Below are positions 59,820 through 64,000 of a stretch of DNA of 64,000 bases, one piece after another. Origin of the DNA: Heterodontus francisci (taxonomy: Eukaryota); contig NC_090389.1 of assembly GCF_036365525.1 (NCBI RefSeq), positions 35,338,973 through 35,402,972 of the forward strand, read 5' to 3'. Within the stretch, counting starts at the first letter, position 1; the number at the start of each line of letters is the position of its first letter. Under the pieces are notes generated by a model, which was not told the origin of the DNA, did no database searches, and saw only the letters and a program-made list of their open reading frames with translations. The translations under genes and the position numbers were made by a program.

Positions 59820-60845
59820 AGACAAAGGCAAAACACTGCGAATGCTGGAAATCTGAAATAAAAGCAGAAAATGCCGGAAATACTCAGCAGGCGCAGTGGT
59901 TAGCACCGCAGCCTCACAGCTCCAGCGACCCGGGTTCAATTCTGGGGATTGCCTGTGTGGAGTTTGCAAGTTCTCCCTGTGTCTGCGTGGGTTTCCTCCG
60001 GGTGCTCCGGTTTCCTCCCACATGCCAAAGACTTGCTGGTTGATAGGTTAATTGGCCTTTATAAATTGCCCCTAGTATAGGTAGGTGGTAGGGAAATGTA
60101 GAGACAGGTGGGGATGTGGTAGTAATGTGGAATTAGTGTAGGATTAGTATAAAATGGGTGGTTGACGGTCGGCACAGACTCGGTGGGCCGAAGGGCCTGT
60201 TTCAGTGCTGTATCTCTAAACTAAACTAAAGTTCTGACTGTGTCTGTGGAGAGTTAACATTTCAGGTCTGTGACCTTTCATTGGAACTGGGAAAAGTTAG
60301 AAATGAAACAAGTTTTGAGCATGTGAAAGAGACATGAGTGGGTAAAAGAGCAAAAGGGAAGGATTATGATAGGGTGGAGGGCAGGAGAGATCAAATGACA
60401 AAAGGGTACATGGTGCAAGGCCAAAGGGAGTGGTAATAGGACAAGTAAATAAACCAACATGTGTCTTGAGGAAGTGTAAATGGGAGGATGTGTCTAGCTA
60501 CCATCCGAAAGCAAAAATAAAAGAGAAGCAAGACAGTAAAAAATCAAACCAGCAAAGAAAATGGAAACAAAATGGGGGCAGAGATGACAATTTATAATTG
60601 TTGAATTCAGTGTTGAGTTCAGAAGCCTGTTAAGTGACCTGTGAAAAGATGAGGGGATGTCTCTCGAACTTGCATTGAGCTTCATTGAAACATTGAAGAA
60701 GGCCGAGGACAGAGAGGTCAGTGTAGGAGCAAGGTGGAGAATTAAAATGACAGGTGATTAGAAGCTTGGGGGTCACACTTGAGGACCATATGGAGATGTT
60801 CCACAAAATCATCATCTAGTCTATGTCTCCCCAAAGTAGAGGGGC
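59820..60845 (-). mobile_element. Older Penelope 3' fragment with degenerate hammerhead (60252-60288), interrupted by a SINE
   Basis: GIY-YIG tail (CHFNSPPCSYTDLSVLGLLQC). Minus strand reads agtt-ccaatga-a-aggtcacagacct-gaaa-tgtt-aact. Confidence 0.82.
59890..60230 (+). mobile_element. HE1-like V-SINE
   Basis: Homologous to 45570-45922. Tail gggccgaagggcctgt...(ctaaa)n. Confidence 0.9.
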
Positions 60846-61275
60846 ATCTTAGTGCTGGAGTGGAGAGTGCATGCAGGGATGTAAGGGGCATTGGAGGGAT
60901 TTGCAAACAACAATGCGAACTTTGGAGTTAATTCACTGGGAGCCCCTGGAGCTCAGAGAGTGTAGGTGTATGGTTAAGGGTATGGGCTCTGCTGCTTTGA
61001 ATGAGGAGTATCTTGTGGCTCAGTTGGTACCACTCTAGCTTCTGAATCAGCACATTGTGGGTTCAGATCCCATTCTATGGACATGAGTTCTAAAATCTAG
61101 GCTGATACTCCAGTGCAGTATAGAAAGAGTGCTGCACTGCTGGAGGTGCTTTCTTTCACATGAGATGTTAAACCAAGCCCTTACTGCTGACTCATATGGA
61201 TATAAAAGAGCCATGATACTATCTTGAAGAGTTGGGAAGTTATCCCTCGTATCATGGCTAATATTTATCTCAGAG

Positions 61276-63080
61276 GAACATAGAACATAGAAAAATAGGA
61301 GCAGGAGTAGGCCATTCGGCCCTTCGAGCCTGCTCTGCCATTCAATACAATCATGGCTGATCATCCAAACTCAGTAACCTGTTCCTGCTTTCTCCCCATA
61401 TCCCTTGATCCAATTAGCCCCAAGAACTGTATCTAACTCTGTCTTGAATATAATTAATGATTTGGCCTCAACTGTTTTCTGTGGCAGAGAATTCCACAGG
61501 TTCACCACTCTTTGGGTGAAGAAATCCCTCCTCATCTCAGTCCAAATGGCTTACCCCTTATCTTTAGACTGTGACCCCTGGTCCTGGACTACCCCGCCAT
61601 CGGGAACATCCTTCCTGCATCTAGTCAGTCCAGTCCTGTTAGAAATTTGTAGGTTTCTATGAGATCCCCTCTCATTCTTCTAAACGCTAGTGAATACACG
61701 CCTAATCGACCTAATTTCTCTTCATATGTCAGTCCTGCCATCCCAGGAATCAGTCTGGTGAACCTTCGCTGCACTCTCTTCATGGCAAGAACATCCTCCG
61801 GTAAGGAGACCAAAACTACACACAGTATTCCAGATGTGGTCTAACCAAGGCCTTGTATAATTGCAGCAAGACATCCTTGCTCCTGTACTCAAATCCTCTT
61901 GCTATGAAGGCCAACAAACCATTTGCCTTCTTAACTGTCTGCTGCACCTGCATGTTTAGCGACTGGTGCACAAGGACACCCAGGTCTCGCTGCACCTCCC
62001 CCTTTCCTAATCTATCGCTGTACAAATAATCTGCCTTTCTATTTTTGCCAGCAAAGTGGATAACCTCACATTTATCCAAAGGCTGAATTTTACGCTGCCC
62101 CAGCGGGTAGGATGGTGGCATGGGGGCAGCGTAAAATTGAGCAGGAAGCTCCGGGAGGCCTACCCGCCCCGCTTCTGCCTCCGGCCAAGTTTATGGCATC
62201 GGGCGGGGGGGTGGGAAACGGCCCACCCGGCTGAGGCCAATCAAGGCCCTAAGTGGCCACTTAACGGCCACTTAAGAGCCCTCGCCCGCCTCCACAGGTA
62301 TTTTACCCATTGCAAGCAGGCGTGCTGGGGACGTGAAAGGCCGCCCAGCAATAGCTGCCGGTCTTTCTGCACCCCGGGGGGATGCCATGGCATTCAGGCA
62401 CAGGGTGCCTGATTGAGGGCCACCCTCCCCTCCGATCCCACCCCCAGACCCAAGACAGCCCCCCTCCACCCAAAGGACCACTCCAGCCTCACCGGGGAAG
62501 GACCGATCCTCCTGGTGAGGCAACTTTAACTTACCTTCCCTCCAGGCTCCCGGTGGCGCTGCTGGGACTAAGGGCTGCCAGCCCACTGATTAGCCGGCAG
62601 CTCACGGAAGCAGGACCTCTTCCCTCAAGTGGGTGGAAGTCCCGCCTCGGGACAATTAATGCCTGGGGATCCGTAAAATACGGGACGGATCCCCGGGTTA
62701 GGCAGAAATGGGTACGCCACTGAATTCCTGTCCGCCTAAGGTAAAATTCAGCCCTTTCCCAATCTATCGCTGTTCAGATAACAGCCTTTCTGTTTTTGCC
62801 ACCAAAGTGGATAACGTCACATTTATCAACTTTATACTGCATCTGCCATGTATTTGCCCACTCACTCAACCTGTCCAAATCACACTGGAGCTTCTCTGCA
62901 TCCTCCTCACAGCTCACACGCCCATCCAGCTTTGTGTCATCTGCAAACTTGGATATATTACATTTAATTCCCTCATCTATATCATTAATATATATTTTGA
63001 ATAGCTGGGATCCTATCACTGATCCCTGCAGTCCCCACTAGTCACTGCCTGCCACTCGGAAAAAAGACCTGTTTATTCCT
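61276..63080 (-). mobile_element. CR1 3' fragment with nested MITE
   Basis: IYINDIDEG..KFADDTKL and LYKALVRPHLEYCV. Tail gaacatagaacatag. Confidence 0.92.
62080..62754. mobile_element. PIF/Harbinger-type MITE
   Basis: TIRs aggctgaattttac / gtaaaattcagccc. Confidence 0.85.
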
Positions 63081-64000
63081 CTCAATCAACATCATGAAAA
63101 CAGATTATCTAGTCATTATCATCTTGCTGTTTATGGGACTTGCTATGCGCAATTGGCAAAAACAGAAAGGCAGATTATTATCTGAACGGCAATAGATTGG
63201 GAAAGGGGGAGGTGTAGCGAAACCTGGGTGTCCTTGTGCACCAGTGACTACATTACAAGTGACTACACTTCAAAAGTACTTCATTGGCTATCAAGCAATT
63301 TGGGACATGAAAGGTGCTATGTAAATGAAAGGTTTTCTTTCTTTCTTGAAAGTTTAAGGTGGGAATGCCAGCTAGGAAGTATTAGAGAAATCAAACCCTG
63401 AGCTGATGAAGGAACATGGAAAGTTTGAAAACTAACCTTCCCACATTTATTAAGCAAGGCAAAAATCACCTTTTCATTCTTTTATGCTTTGCATAAATTT
63501 GAAATTGAACTGAATGGCACAGTGCATTGGAAGCAGTGTTACAGAATTGCAGAATAGGGCACTTAAAACATTCTTCTCCACATGCTGAGTTTACTATATC
63601 AGCCATGCAGATGTGGAGGAACCCGAGCCCTGAGGCTAGGCGTTTCTCCACAGAGAGTAAGGGAAAAGTTGTCTTTAGTGCACCTCTCAGCAGTCATTTT
63701 TAGAGCAGCATCAGGATAGGCCTGGGAACTATCTAAGAAGCAATAATAATATATTAATAAAAATAAGATCAAGCGTGCAACCATTTGGTTAAATTCATAT
63801 TATTAATGAGCACAAACAATTCCTGAGATAACCTGATATTCAAGATTTCTAATCGAACAGCTAAATGGAGAAAGATCAAGCAAACAACTTTCAGGAGAAT
63901 CTTTCATTCTGCTTCTTTCAGGACTTAGGGCAGCAGGTATTCAGAGTAAAAACCAAAAGAAAAATGGAATGGGAGGGTGATTTAAGTGGAAGAAAAAAAA

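Larger units (their letters stand above)
61005..63347 (+). mobile_element. Deu-domain-like SINE split by a CR1 (head about 61005-61275, tail about 63075-63347)
   Basis: A box gtggctcagttgg and B box gggttcagatcc. Body is homologous to 14850-15278, with an L2-like tail. Confidence 0.75.

Overview
This is eukaryotic, transposon-dominated DNA, almost certainly from a cartilaginous fish (shark). That inference rests on HE1-like V-SINEs, Deu-domain-like SINEs, abundant CR1 LINEs and Neptune-type Penelope elements. I recognise no intact host protein-coding gene; the window reads like a large intron or intergenic region, with a few unique AT-rich stretches holding weak exon candidates. Contents are CR1 LINEs (one young copy with an 863-aa open ORF2), a second CR1/L2-group LINE family, an L2 fragment, Gypsy pol relics and solo LTRs, three decayed PIF/Harbinger transposons with several TIR-bounded MITEs, hAT-Charlie-like non-autonomous elements, and three SINE families. 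The most interesting signal is an RNA-level system. A TSD-bounded Penelope-like element (9352-12678) has inverted terminal repeats that each carry a minimal type I hammerhead ribozyme motif. The same ribozyme+tail module also occurs on its own as ~105-150 bp insertions with their own target-site duplications. A second theme is unusual long or inverted flanking duplications next to Harbinger-type elements. Family names come from motif recognition by eye, with no database search, and coordinates of old repeats are approximate.
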